A DNA stretch of 63,853 nt, counting the filler, from Octopus bimaculoides (lineage: Eukaryota), in the NCBI RefSeq assembly GCF_001194135.2. It is 5 parts of 5 records of this genome, joined end to end, with 100 filler letters (N's around TTAATTAATTAA, not from the genome) between each part and the next. Parts side by side here need not be neighbours in the genome. Positions count along the whole stretch, not along the records: positions 11,582 to 33,463 come from NC_068984.1; 4 more parts are not named here. One strand, 5' to 3'. The first letter of the stretch is position 1; each line of letters begins with the position of its first letter. Below are positions 11,482-24,614 of the stretch, piece by piece. Both the position numbers and the translations under genes were made by a program. The notes beneath the pieces are model-generated. The model had not been told where the DNA came from, made no database searches, and saw only the letters and a program-made list of their open reading frames with translations.

Positions 11482-11581
11482 NNNNNNNNNNNNNNNNNNN
11501 NNNNNNNNNNNNNNNNNNNNNNNNNTTAATTAATTAANNNNNNNNNNNNNNNNNNNNNNNNNNNNNNNNNNNNNNNNNNNN
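11482..11581. other. Artificial scaffold join (44N-TTAATTAATTAA-44N)
   Basis: Exactly 100 bp; palindromic six-frame stop linker; identical to three other joins. Confidence 0.95.
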
Positions 11582-12650
11582 TATAAGTCTAGTACATAAA
11601 CACATGCAAGCATAGATACCTGCATAAGACTAATTCTGAGACACACTCAAAACAGAATTTCCAGAGATTGTTTAACCAACACATCAAATAAAAGGTCTTT
11701 AAAGTGATTTTGCACCAGCGCTTGTGTGCCTTTTATTATTGGAATAATGACCCTCCCAGGACACAACAAGATTTATTTCAACTCACGAATTCACATCAAA
11801 GCAGATAAAAATGGAAGTATGTACACTAAAGTTTGCTTGGAGATCCGAAGCGTGTTATAAAAACCAGCCTAGACACGCATACCCAATGCATGAAACTATT
11901 AGTAGATGGTGTCCTTGCACTGTGCATATTAAATTATATTTATTACTGACTGGATGGATCACATATTTTCTTGATCTCACCTTAACGAATAGGAAGTTCA
12001 GTTTTGATCGGAGGTAAAATTTCATTGAAATTTTGCCTCCGGCCTAAACCGAAGTTCAGAAAATACAACACAATGACCCTTTAAGATGACCGTTCACACA
12101 GCGAAGCCAACCAGGCAGAACGAGAAACTTGACCACCGGGAAAACAAGACGTCACCTGTAATTTAACGAATCAAAAATCAAATCCGCTCGCGGAAAAAAA
12201 TATAAATACACCGATTCCAAAACACGTTGTTACAAACGAATGTTCCTCTACACGACCGAAAGAGAATCATAGAGATTTAAAATCAAATCCCTTTTTACTG
12301 TCTTCATTTCTCCCTTGTTTTTCTCCCTCTTAACATAGTATGACTGAAACTTTTATGATATTTATTTCTTGTCGATCACTACTAACAGTAATGAATTTTG
12401 TACATTTAAAAAAGTTGATGCACAGTTTTTATATTATTGACTCTTATGAACATTTAAACTTGTCAACATTGAAACTCTTAAACATGTTTTTCTAATTCAT
12501 AATTCTAATTTTTTATCATTGCTAAACGAAAAATATTGTTGAAACTAGTTTGAGTTAGCATTCTGACTGGATTAGATCATATGCTTATTTTTTGTGCAGG
12601 CGAAATAATTGCTAAATAGAATTTATTTGGAGATTCAAAATAAACAATCT

Positions 12651-12890
12651 GTGAAGGCACGTGACCTAGTGGGCAGGATGTTGCACTCACGATTGCTAGG
12701 TCGCAGGATCGATTCCCAAACCGAGTGGCCTGTTGTGTTCTTGAGCAGAACACTTCATTTCGATCAGTGGGGAATGTTGGCCTGCTCGCCTAGCCAGCAG
12801 GGTGGCGTCAATCAAAGGCTGAAAGGATGCAACGCGCATTGTGGCAAGTGATGTGTAACAAAATCTGATCATCTGATCTCTCACGTGATG
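12651..12890 (+). mobile_element. tRNA-derived SINE family E (diverged)
   Basis: GTGAAGGCACGTGACCTAGTGGGCAGG..GGATCGATTCCC head followed by the TTGTGTTCTTGAGCAGAACACTT core-like segment. Confidence 0.65.
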
Positions 12891-13176
12891 ACGTAAAGGT
12901 AAACGATGTCTATAATTTGTGCTAGTGATAAATGCAGAAGTTATTCGACAAAATATCAGAACATTTTAGCGATGAACAAATTATATTATATTTTAAATAT
13001 GTACATGGTGCAACTGTCGGGTAGAGTAGGTCTTAAGTTATCTAAATGTAGGTTTTGTGTGTTTACACCTACGGATTAACGATGATATTCTTATTTATGA
13101 AAAATCCGTTTAAATTATAAGATTATATTAAAATATAATTGAAAGATATAATTTCAGCCTAACATATAGTTTTTAT

Positions 13177-13492
13177 GTTAAATCTCTGAACGAGGTATTA
13201 ACAGTAACTGCACGACAAGGTGAAGTATATTTGCCACTTAAATGTGGCTGACCCCTAAGGGTGGATGTTACTGTTGTTGTTACTGTTACTGTTACTGTTA
13301 CCCAGAAATACCCAGAAACTCGAGTCCGTACATATCGCAGATCAAGATTGGAAGGATAACTTCCCTTTGCAAATAGACAGGACACAGATGTGTGTCGATA
13401 GCCAGCTGGAGGAGATGTTCTCCTGGCGCTAAAAGCAACAGTAACATCCACCCTTAGGGGTCAGCCACATTTAAGTGGCAAATATACTTCAC
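13177..13492. mobile_element. 316-bp insertion with 58-bp perfect inverted repeats and a 14-bp flanking direct repeat
   Basis: IR at 13219-13276 / 13436-13493; CATATAGTTTTTAT at 13163-13176 and 13493-13506; the same terminus recurs at 47161-47224. Confidence 0.8.
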
Positions 13493-15264
13493 CATATAGT
13501 TTTTATATTATATGTTAAATAGGATTGTCATATAAAAACAAAATATTCGGCAAGGTTAAACGAAAACAAGATTTTAAAATGTCATAGCATTATTCCAATG
13601 AATTTACTTTTATGAAAATACCTCACTTTCGAAAATATTCGATAAAATACAGTGAGCCATATAAATACGACCTTCTCTAATCATTACCATACAAATAAGA
13701 TTGAACAAAGAATTATTTTAATATACTTGTTTATACTTCAAAACATAAATGATACGTTACTGAGATGAATATCGTAATAATAGTATTATAAATGTCTTTG
13801 GTTGATTATTATAAGGCGCTTTAAACTAGTAAATTCAAATGAAGTGTATCATGCCTAAATTACTGTTAAACGTTTCTTTTCGGGATTTATTATAATTAAG
13901 TCTCGAAAACCAATGAGAAGTTATGAGCCGAATTATAAGCAATGTTGAATACTAAATACTTTTTAACGATATATATTTTAAGCACATTAGAAGCGAAATG
14001 CATTTGATATTATTAATTTCTTATGGGATAAAATCTTATTTTAAATCAATATTCGTTTCAAGTTTAACACAATTTACGCAAGTTTTAATTTGTATTGCAT
14101 TGAAACGGAATGTATTTTCTAGTATTTAATTTCGATGCAAAGATACTTACTCGAAAGGAAATGCTGAAAACTTAGACGAAACTTAATAATTATTTGGAAT
14201 GAACTCCCCATACGCCATAAAAAAAATAGCTATGCAGTAATTTAAACAATTGCTCAAGTGGTTTAGTCTTGCAGAAAATGAGAAAACGAATGAAATAAAT
14301 CATGAAACAAAAAGAAAAAAAATACTGCGAAATGAAGTGATTTTGAAAAATTAGATTATGATCTAAATAGATTCAACCAGAAAATAGAAATTGGTTATTT
14401 ATGAAATATTTTAACTACTAGCTCTTTCATTCCCAATTACTACAAACTGAAATATAACTAAATTAATCACAAATTAATGAATGATCATTTGAATGGTTGA
14501 CGGGAAATTACAAATATTGCATAAAGTTAATAAAATCCAACCTACGTTTCTGTTTCAAAATAACAAAAAAAGTTAACGAATTTCATTAATACGGTAATTG
14601 TTTAGTGAAATCTAAAAAATGGTAGAAATTCGTAAAAATCATTTTCACTTCTTAAGCTTGGTACTTTATGTTTCCATGCTCAAGCGCCCCCTTATATTGC
14701 TCTCTTATTTCTACATCTGCATTCATAAAATATCTATCAGCAGAATCATAGATGTCATATATGCACTGCAAGGAATCACCATGCACTGATCATTAAGTAA
14801 ACGTCAGCTTATATTAGATTAACGTTCTTACTAATTTTAATGCAAAGTATTCGCGACCTCATATGGTATGCTAAAATTGATGAAACTATTTTATTATGAT
14901 CCGCATTGAGATAAGATGTTTAATATAATATGCTGTAAATAATATACCAACCTTCAGTTTCGAAGTCGAACAAATGTGATTATTATAAACATTGAACGCG
15001 ACAAACGAGCGATAATTTTCTACACATTTGGGGAAAAAAATAAAATAGTGGATTTCACTTGGACATATAGGTTCCAACCTGAATCTATAGAATTCCCCTT
15101 ACGGTTACAACGGTATTTTCTAATGGAAAATACAATGGTTGACATCAGTGACACTCAACACATGGCCTGCCAAGTTGATTTATGTCTTTCGCACTTGACA
15201 CTTTTGACCTCTTTTATGTTACCAAAAGCTGCAACATAGATAAGAATTACCTACAACAACTTTC

Positions 15265-15810
15265 TGCTCCTCTCCATTTCGTGAATTTAACTTCAGATTT
15301 AATTTCTGGTGAGGTGAAAGTAGGTGTTCTTGACTCCTTCCCAGTTCCCAGTGTCCAATTTATTGATTGGAAATGATCATATGGAGTAAATGATCATATG
15401 CAATTTATACTGTTTCTCCCCAGAGTTCAGTTAGTACAGGAAAGTTGGAGGAGGATTGTCCTGGTATTTATCCCTCTTGTGCAGTGATTCGTTCAATGTC
15501 AAAAGACATATTTTCCAAGCCTTCTTTGCCGAATGATTCCATTTGTGATTTGTCAGGAACTTTCATTGATCATTTCTTTGGAAAGTGGAGGCTGGTGACT
15601 TATCTCTAAAGGGTAGTGACACTTCAGATCTTCTTGATAGATCTGATGGTGAGTCAAGTGGTGACCCCATTCTTTCTAGAGAGCAACTTGTTAGTACTCA
15701 GTTGCAGAAGTTAGCTAATAAGGCTACTTTTATTTGAGGAGGTTAGCAAGGTTCATTTTGCTACTACGTTAGGGATATAGACCACCGGATATTCCTGCGG
15801 GAAATGTATG
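15265..15810 (+). mobile_element. Gypsy/Ty3 LTR retrotransposon remnant (protease-downstream region)
   Basis: NLTSDLISGEVKVGVLDSFPV..GND; EEDCPGIYPSCAV.RSMSK; DLSGTF; LSREQLV: a motif series typical of metazoan Gypsy gag-pol, with frameshifts. Confidence 0.7.
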
Positions 15811-15894
15811 GAAAGTGTAGGATGTGTGCAGTGCCCAGTAGTGCAATTTTCTGTATGTTATATATATTTGTAAGTCCTGGTGTTTTTGTTATGT

Positions 15895-16190
15895 ATTTGT
15901 CTGAATATTTTTTTTATTATACCTAAGGCACCTACTATGATAGGAATTGTTTCTGTTTTTAGATTCCACATTCGAGTTACCTCTGTTTCCAGGTTTTTTG
16001 CATTTTGGAAGTTTCTCCATTTCTTTTAGGAAAACGTTGTCATCTGCTGGTATTGATACATCAATTAGAAAGCATTTTTTTCCTTCATGATCTTTGACAA
16101 CTATATCTGGTCTCTTGGCCTTAATTTCTCTATATGTGTGTATTGGCATATCCCACAGTATGGTTGCTTTCTCGTTTTCTGTGACCTTTT
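15895..16190 (-). mobile_element. Dong/R4 LINE RLE fragment
   Basis: REIKAKRPDIVVKDHEGKKCFLIDVSIPADDNV..KEMEKL carries the PD..D motif. Confidence 0.85.
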
Positions 16191-16230
<40 letters not shown>

Positions 16231-16231
<1 letters not shown>

Positions 16232-16790
16232 GAGTGAGAGAGCGTTGCATGCCATCAAAGTGACACTGGGGTAAAATATACGAGGCCCAGTATACCCATC
16301 ATGACTACCCGTCTGATAAGGGTGCACGAGGCACATGCATCACAACCATATGTGCGTGACATGGTGATCTCATATCAAGAAAAATAGCGCATGACCTCCC
16401 GGTGGGGCCCAGTTAGAATTGTCTTCAGGTCTAGTGTGCCCATCCCGCTCAAAAGGTCCCTGAATAAGGTTTGTTTAAGGATGTTGAACAAAGCACTACT
16501 GTTTCTAAAAGTGAATTATTCAAACTCCAAAGAATTCCTGTCTCAACACATGGCTATGATGCTCCTCCACTACTTCTGCTCATGATCAGAGATGCACATA
16601 TCGTCAGCCACCAAGGGACATGCTCAACTGGTTAAGGTCAAACAACTGACAAGCAAGTCTGTGGTATTAAGCAGAATATTTGCTATAGCCCATCTTTTAG
16701 ACCAAAACAAAACAATGTGCATGATAACACTTCCAATCAATTAAAATCAGAAGCCATGAGAACCACTGTCTGTTACTGCATGCGGGCATG
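16231..16790 (-). mobile_element. Unclassified ~560-bp non-coding element bracketed by (TAA)n tracts
   Basis: Sharp GC-richer block between (TTA)n at 16195-16230 and 16791-16850; no coherent ORF. Repeat status is inferred; there is a single copy in this window. Confidence 0.5.
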
Positions 16791-16822
<32 letters not shown>

Positions 16823-17049
16823 CATTATTATTATTATTATTATTATTATTTTTATAAGTAGTAGTGGTAGTAGTAGCAAAGTTGTAGTAGTAGCAGCAGT
16901 AGTAGTAGCAGTAGCAGCAGTAGTAGTAGTAGCAGCAACAGTAGTGGTAGTAGTAGTGTAGAACTTATAACTATTTCTATTTATCTTTTTCTATACATTA
17001 CTCACCGTCCTAAACATGGTGTATTTATAGATTCGAAGGGGCTATACTG

Positions 17050-17224
17050 CATAAAATAGGTTAGTTGATATATCGATCCAAGTACTGGATATACTTACTT
17101 TAACGACCCCGAAAGTGTGAAAGGCAAAGCAAAACTCGACGGAATTTCGAACTCATGATTTATACGGGGAATAAGTAGTGCTAAATATTTTTCCGGTGTG
17201 CTAACACCTCTGCCAGTTTGCCGA
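17050..17224 (-). mobile_element. SINE family A (diverged)
   Basis: Reverse complement matches the head (CGGCAAACTGGCAGAG..GAGTTCGAAATTCC) and the TTTCGGGGTCG core. Confidence 0.7.
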
Positions 17225-17733
17225 TTTGTACATATCAAAAACACACAATGACTTAGACTAAATATATATTCGAACTAGAGCTATGTTTAATATTTAGTTC
17301 AATGACATGAAGTCTCTATTTTAACTTGAGAAGAACAGACGCTCTAAGTAAAATTCTTCTGTTATACAGAATATATTTATTAAAACTAGTATGAAGTCAT
17401 CTAAGACCATAATACACTACGATTTAGCGCAATTAATATTTATAATAACCAGTTGGAAAACCAGTCTTTATGAGATTGAAGTGTCCGAGATAATGGGGTA
17501 TACCATTAGATATTTACCAAGAGCATGATAAATGATGAAGGTAGTGTATTTAGAAGCAATGAATACAAATTCCGAAAAATGCTTCTATAAGAAGCATCCT
17601 ACGTGTAGAACAACTGGATTGTGACTGACAAGTTAGATTACTGATAGCATACATGTATCTCTACTTTTAAATAATCTAAACATAACCGATTATCATCTTG
17701 CCATTTATGCACATCTTTATTCAAATATTAATG

Positions 17734-17790
17734 CTAGTAGACATACCCGGCGTTGCTCGGGATTAAAATGGTATAGTTTTTTTATTCTTT
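17734..17790 (-). mobile_element. Helitron 3' terminus
   Basis: Minus strand ends with the CCCGAGCAACGCCGGG hairpin, a short spacer and CTAG. Confidence 0.6.
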
Positions 17791-17986
17791 TACTTGTTTC
17801 AGTCATTTGACTCCGGGTCATGCTGGAGTACCTCTTTTAGTAAAAACATCGACACCAGGAGTTTTGCTTTGTAAGCCTAGTACTTATTCCATCGGTCAAT
17901 TTTGCCGAACCGCTACATTACGAGAAAGTAGACAAACCAACATCGTTTGTCAAGCGATAGTGAGGGTACAAACGGACTCTCTCTCA

Positions 17987-18037
<51 letters not shown>

Positions 18038-18181
18038 AAACACGCACGCNNNNNNNNNNNNNNNNNNNNNNNNNNNNNNNNNNNNACACACACACTCACA
18101 ATTATACACATATATTCGACGGACTTCTTTCAGTTTCCGTCTAACAAATCCACTCACAAGGCTTCGGTTGGCCCGAGGCTA
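17791..18181 (-). mobile_element. SINE family B lacking its tRNA head
   Basis: Collinear with 1791-2430. Confidence 0.85.
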
Positions 18182-18182
18182 T

Positions 18183-18253
<71 letters not shown>

Positions 18254-18299
18254 TTGATAACGATAATAATAATATTAATAATATGTATACACATACATA

Positions 18300-18670
18300 C
18301 AGGAAATAAACAGACGCCTTTAATTTTCAAACTTTCTGATCTAAACGTCTTAATATGTTTTCAGCGGTGTAGAATTTACAATGTAATTATTCCATTTCAT
18401 TCTAGGTGCCATCATATTAAACATTTACGAAGAGTAATCATGCCACGCACAAAATATTCAGCAGAACTGTCAGATTTTCAAAGAGGTCGTATTTTGGGGC
18501 AATCAGAGGCTGGTCTTAGCCAGCCAAAAATTGCCGAAAATCCTCGAATTCGTCTTGCTACTGTTAATAGAATGTTAATGCAATTCAAAGACCAAGGAAA
18601 AGAATCAACAGATTCTCCTCCCGGCCAACCTGGTCCCTCGGAAAGGAAGCTTAAGCTTAGGAATGCCTAA
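18300..18670 (+). mobile_element. Tc1-like transposon 5' fragment (transposase HTH from ATG 18440)
   Basis: MPRTKYSAELSDFQRGRILGQSEAGLSQPKIA..ATVNRML: Tc1 N-terminal helix-turn-helix; begins TA|CAG. Confidence 0.8.
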
Positions 18671-19499
18671 ATGTGTGATGTACTATATATACATATTCTT
18701 AAAAGACTAAATTTCTTTATTCATATTTGGAATTAAAGATTTTTTCACATGCTCTTTTAATTTCCGTTCGCATGTCGAATGATGTATGTAAGTCACTGTT
18801 ACGAATTGACATCATGTGGACTACTTATGAAATTCTTAGAATATACATGCTGTTAAACATGTGATGTAAAGGTAAGAATATAACGAAGACTGTTTTAGCC
18901 AATGAAGAATAGACAAGAAAGAATATGATGGAAATCATGGTTTTTACTGCGAAAAATAGAGTAAAGCGGCTTGGTGGTGCTGCTATGTTCCTACGATCTC
19001 CAAATTTTACGGAATTTGATTAAATGAATGCTCTGTTCCGTATAGATAGCCGTTTAGATAAGTGGTACAAAATCCAGTGGTAATGATATGCGAAATTTTC
19101 AGATAAAACTCTTCAACTATCAAATGTCGGTTTCCGTCTTACGCAGAAGATAAAAACAAAAAACGTGGTTTCAAGTCGAGTATTGAAAATGAAATAATTT
19201 ATTGAAACGAATTCGATAGGAAATTCAGTAATTTCTTGGTTTATTATCTATGTCACCTAATTAATTACACCTCATTTCAAAATACATTGTAATTACAATT
19301 ATGGATAAATTTATACTTAAAACTAAAGATGATAGCTAATTACCACAATTACACAATAACGCAGGTGTTATTCAAATTTGAGTCAGATCTTCCCATCTTG
19401 ACATCAAAACTCTCAGGCGCATTTTTGCGGACCGACAGCTTGTTTTCAAATTTAATGATTAATTTTCTAGGATTTTATAGATAATTACCCTAATAATTA

Positions 19500-20215
19500 G
19501 GTTTCTCCTAGTTAAAATGTTTGGTTGATAATTCCATATGCTAAGTAGGTCAAATCCAACATCACTTACCAGTTTTGTGAAGCTATAGATAAGAATTTTC
19601 CCCAAAATTCAAGATACAATTCCATCAATTCACACCGAATTAGAATAGGGATTTCAAACACCTAAAACTTTTCACAAATCATCTCTTCACATATCAATAA
19701 GTTGTTAAATACAAATCCAATTAAAGAAAATAATAACATTGATATTATTAACACTAACCATTCTTTGAACAATAATAGCAACAATATTAGCATTTCTAAT
19801 ATAAATTCGAATCGCATTCATTTCCTTAGCAGTAATTCTAAGACTAGAAACTCTCTTTATCAATGTAAAATTACTTCCGGTTCTGATGTCTTTCTTTACA
19901 TAGGTACTTCTTCATCTCAGTTGTCCAAAAGAATATCTAACTATTACTCTACATTTAGACATATCAGTAAAAGCAACAATACTGGGCTTAGTAAATTAAT
20001 TTGGTCTCTAAAGGAACATAATAAAAATTTTGGTTTGGAATGGAGTATTCTATCTAGATCCTTTCTATATGATAAAGGTAAATTATTTTGTCCGCTCTGT
20101 ACAGAAGAACAGTATCTCTTTCTGTTCTCAGAGAATTCTCTTGTAGACACCTTTAAAGAACGCGTTTAACGTTGCAAATATTGGCAAAATCATACCTTTA
20201 GTTCCTATAAGTAGT
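19500..20215 (+). mobile_element. Penelope-like element remnant: RT-EN linker and GIY-YIG endonuclease
   Basis: WLIIPY..VKSNI..IDKNFP..IISSHINKLL, then SLYQCKIT..YIGTSS..KRISNY..GLSKLIWSLKE..WSIL..CPLCTEE; disrupted upstream of 19702. Confidence 0.9.
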
Positions 20216-20617
20216 TTCTACCAATCTATAAAATTTTACTTTTGACTATCTTCTTGCATTTCATTTCTACTATCTATATCTATTTAAACACTTTTAAGTT
20301 TTATTTACACTCATCTATCGTATTATCTGTCTCCACTCTTAACTTTCTGTTAATTTCTTTCTTTCTCCTCTAAATTGCCTTTGACGTTAAATCTAATAAC
20401 GGTTGTTTAAAAATAACTTACCAGCGTTCCCTTCATCATAAAATTCACACACACACACACACACACACATATCATTTTTACACATGCAAGGCATTTAGAC
20501 GTATAAATTAATAAGAACACAAACATTCTTTTCTATANNNNNNNNNNNNNNNNNNNNNNNNNNNNNNNNNNNNNNNNNNNNNNNNNNNNNNNNNNNNNNN
20601 NNNNNNNNNNNNATTTT

Positions 20618-20868
20618 TTTTATTGGAAAAATTATTACAGCCGTATCTGGGATATCCCAGAGTATGGGATATTTCGTCATTAGAAATAAATAGCGAAAAT
20701 GAGAAGAGTGTAGAATAATGAAATTGTGAACGTTTATGCTTCTTTTTTCTTCTCTTTCTTCATCTCCTTATTCCTTTACTTCTGTCCCCTACGTCGTCAT
20801 TTCATTATCCCATATTCGGGGATATCCCAGAAACAGCTATAAGAATTTGAATTTTTTCCAATAATGAT
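20618..20868. mobile_element. Old MITE-like element with diverged terminal inverted repeats
   Basis: TTATTGGAAAAATT..TCTGGGATATCCCAGAGTATGGGATA matches the reverse complement of 20805-20868. Confidence 0.55.
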
Positions 20869-21224
20869 AATGTACATGACTTGAGATGTTTGCCTTGCAT
20901 TAACGTTCGTTGTCCTTTTAACAGTTATATATTTGCTATACCAGAAATCTACAATGTCTCCATAACTACCGTCTCGGCTACGACCTTGGGTCCCTAACAA
21001 TCCGTTACAGACCTTACCTAGCGTACTAATGATTGACATCACCTGTGAACTAAACCCCCATACTTTATATATATATTTCACTACAATCAGAATATTTGCA
21101 ATATCGTTCAAATTCGCATTATTGTTCAGTGCAATACCAACATTTTTAGATTTAATGTTAGCAAAACAACTCAGAAGTTTAGCTTTGAAAGAACGAAACG
21201 TACTTCAATGTTACTTTAGGCGTA

Positions 21225-21380
21225 AGGCGGCAAGCATCATTTTGTCCGACTTTACGTTCTGAGTTCAAACTGTACTGAGGCAGACTTTGCTTTTCATTCG
21301 CTCGTGGTTGATGAATTTAGTATCTGTGGAGCCCCACCCCCAAAGCTGCTGGCCTTGTTTTCAAAATTTGAAGCCAATAT
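21225..21380 (+). mobile_element. SINE family A (internally deleted, tail type 2)
   Basis: ACGTTCTGAGTTCAAA, GACTTTGCTTTTCATT and CCCCAAAGCTGCTGGCCTTGT segments. Confidence 0.65.
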
Positions 21381-22324
21381 TACTTAAGGCGGTAGTCACG
21401 TGAAAATGGTAATGCATTGTGTTTAGAGTATTTAGTTTGGTATTTCAAATCTCTCCAAAGTTAATCTTACCAGTGTTATGACGTTCGAGGATACTTTCAA
21501 TAATTTATACTTTATCAAAGTACAGACGAATGCAAAAGTGTAAAAAAAAAACCCATCAATATTAATTTATTTGGACTTGTAAAATTATGATCAATTCTAA
21601 AAGAGACTATAGTGTATTTAATGGTTTCTTATTTTATCCGTTATAGAGGAATTCTAGTTTTAAGCGGTGTAGCACAAACTTCGTTACTTAATATGACATA
21701 TTTCTACATGAATTGGTATCTGAGATATATAACTATTCTAGCAGTAATTTACTATTTAGTTTCAGGTCAATCCTGGTTCAGCACCCTGATAATCAAACAG
21801 GCTACAGCAGCAAACATCCAGTGTTTTAGGAGTCTCTAGGCTTACATTTACGAATGTTCTCTTAACATTTTTATGACGATAAGTTCCGTTTTGAGAGAAA
21901 TTTTTAAAAGGTCGAGTTACTGCTTGCAGACACTATTGACTTTCTTTAATATAGCCGAAACATCTGCTTTATTTTACCATCTAATATCTTTATCTCAGAT
22001 CGTATGAAAAAGATATAGTGTAAATATTCAATTAAACATTATATAAAATAGCTTCTATGTTAAAATCAATGCTACCTTGGCATTATAAACGTCACACAGC
22101 ACTATTATCAGATATTGTATTTCCGATACATTAATGAATTTGCTATAATGGCAAGTCATATAATACAGAAATTAAAACATTGTGGGAACGGTGTTTAACT
22201 CACATCAAAATGTTATGTAATTTATCTCTTCATTTTTCATAATTCATATTAATTCAACGTAGTTCTACGGCTGGCAAGATTATAAGATATGCTAAGATTA
22301 TTATAATTACTTTGATATATATAT

Positions 22325-22516
22325 TCATGTGTGTGTGTGTCTTTGTGTTTGAAGTTGTCCTCTCACCTTGCTGGTGTGTTATGTCCCCGAAATTTAGTGG
22401 TTCTGAAAAAGAGATCGATAGAATATGTGCTAGGGTTATAAAGAATAAGTCCTGGGATCGATTTCTTCGACTACAGGTAGTGCTCCAGCATGGCTTCAGT
22501 CAAATGACTAAACATG

Positions 22517-22518
<2 letters not shown>
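22325..22518 (+). mobile_element. SINE family B, 3' half
   Basis: GAATAAGTCCTGGGATCGATT..GTGCTCCAGCATGGC..CAGTCAAATGACT. Confidence 0.8.
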
Positions 22519-22573
<55 letters not shown>

Positions 22574-22574
<1 letters not shown>

Positions 22575-23230
22575 TAGCAGAAATACCCGGTGTTTCCCTG
22601 GTTAAAGAGAATAACGAAATTTAAAAACGCCGTCTAGATTACGCAGGTCTCAACTGCTAGTTGCTGAGATACCAACTTTCTATATTAATAACTCTCCAAT
22701 CTATGCCAGCATCGAACGTAGACGTCAAGTGAAATGTTAAATTAAATTTTTCAACTCATATATGTACATAAAGTAAATACACGTAATTCAAAAACACGTT
22801 TTCTGTTGCTTATTTCATAACCAAAAACAGGTACAGACTATAAACAATGGAAGACCGATTTTGGTGATTCATTTGACAGAGGTAGTAGAAGGCCAACCCG
22901 ATGATAAATCTAATCTTGGATCTTGAAAGTTTGCTTGAATCCTGGCTCAGTTAAATCTCTGTAGTGCAGCGTTATATTGTCTAATTTTGTTTTGGAAGTG
23001 CTTGGAATCTTGGTCGATTGATGACAACAGTTCCATCAAAGGCTCTGGAGGGTGGGGGATTGCAGGGAGTTTAACCTTTCCAGCACTGCAGCACAATGCA
23101 GGTATTTCACCAGGCCACTTCCTTGCTTTACAATGTATGCATTCAGTTGTCATTTCACCAATAGAAACTAGTGTCATCTGAATAATGAACTGCTGGATCA
23201 TAATTGAAAGGTGCTTCATAGAAGTGACAA
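22574..23230 (-). mobile_element. Helitron deletion derivative: RepHel N-terminal fragment joined to the 3' hairpin and CTAG end
   Basis: ECIHCKARKWPGE..LCCSAGKVKLP..PPEPLMELL..SKHFQNKIRQYNAA (22947-23219) is a typical Helitron pre-Rep motif; CTAG at 22574-22577 next to an imperfect hairpin. Confidence 0.85.
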
Positions 23231-24614
23231 AGTGCTAACTCACACTCTCCTTAAAAATATAATCTGTGGCAAGATAAAATAATGGCAAATGAGCTTGCAT
23301 GTGATTGACAAAATGTCTGAGGGCCACGCACCGTAGACCTTGCACCATCATCTACCGACTTCGCAATATCATCTATTACAGAGTCTGTTTTTAGTCTTTA
23401 AATTCTTATACTCAAAATGTTTACTTGCACCCACCCCTGTTTGTTACTTGAAAATGACAGTATTATCATCTCCGCCAATTGCGACCAACAGCTTCTTGGC
23501 TGTCGCAGTAAAACTTACTTGAAAATAATTATGCTTTTTACAACAAGATTAACCCAGCCATTTTTATTCAATCTTTTTTCTGTTTTACACATAATACTAC
23601 AATATGCAATTCTTTCATGCTATTTTTATGCATCATGGGCGATTAATTTGGGATGATTTCTTACATATCGAAAGACATGGTAAAATCATTTCATTGAGGT
23701 GTTTTGCACTGCAGTATTTTACTGCAAGAATACACCTTAATTATGAATTTTTATTCTTATATATAAGGTATTGTCTATTTCGTCCAATAAATAGAATAAT
23801 TTACTTTAATAGAAGTAAATTATTCTGTTTTCCTCTCAATAACTGGAAGACAAGAAAACTACTTCAAATTAATATAGCTAAATTAAAACTGCAATACACT
23901 CACATAATCTGAAATTAAAATAATCTAAAGTATAATTTAGCCATTTAATTTTTCTATGGAAAATTTCCAGAGCACGTAAAAATATCAAACATTATCTGAT
24001 ATTCCAATAAAGACACATTGAATGTTTAAATAATAATCATTTGCTTGACGCTCAGTTCTAGAATTACAATTTAATTTAAAATATCACAGCTGTTTCATTC
24101 ACTCTAAATGTCGAACTTTTCAATCATCGCATTTTTTTATAAAAATTTCATAGAGACGAACAGCTCTCATGACATTTAGAGTGCCTTCTTGAATAGTATG
24201 ATAGATGTAGCTTGTGTTTAGTACATTCTGGGGGTAACTTAAATAAGGAAGTAGTTCCAAATGCTGTATTCCTGAGGTATTAAAAAGTGGATGATTTCTT
24301 GTAGTAAGGGATTTTGAATGCTAGACGCACAATGATATGTAAAGTGGGGCTCAGTGAAAAGGGTTTCTATAAAGCTGGTATATTTTATAGGTGAAGACGC
24401 TGTCAAATTTGTAGCTAATTAGACAAAAAACGAACAGGCATTACTGAGATTTCAAGTTATTTGGTAGGTAAACTTTTGCGAATTAGCTGACTGTTTTTAA
24501 TTCGGTTCATAATCGTTGTTAAGCGCCCGTATCATTTGACCTTACTGCAGATGATCAAATGATATGATCTGCTTTGTGGACGAAGTTTTGTGGTGATATA
24601 CCTGTGAAAAAGTC

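Noticed and set aside
20370-20410. Expected hammerhead downstream of the 19500 Penelope remnant
   Set aside because: Only a faint TTA-AATC-TAA stem remains; the core is unrecognisable.
20797-21111. 104-aa ORF and a possible 25-nt micro-exon (cag|...AG|gtaagg)
   Set aside because: Weak acceptor, no homology recognised, and no supporting neighbouring exons.
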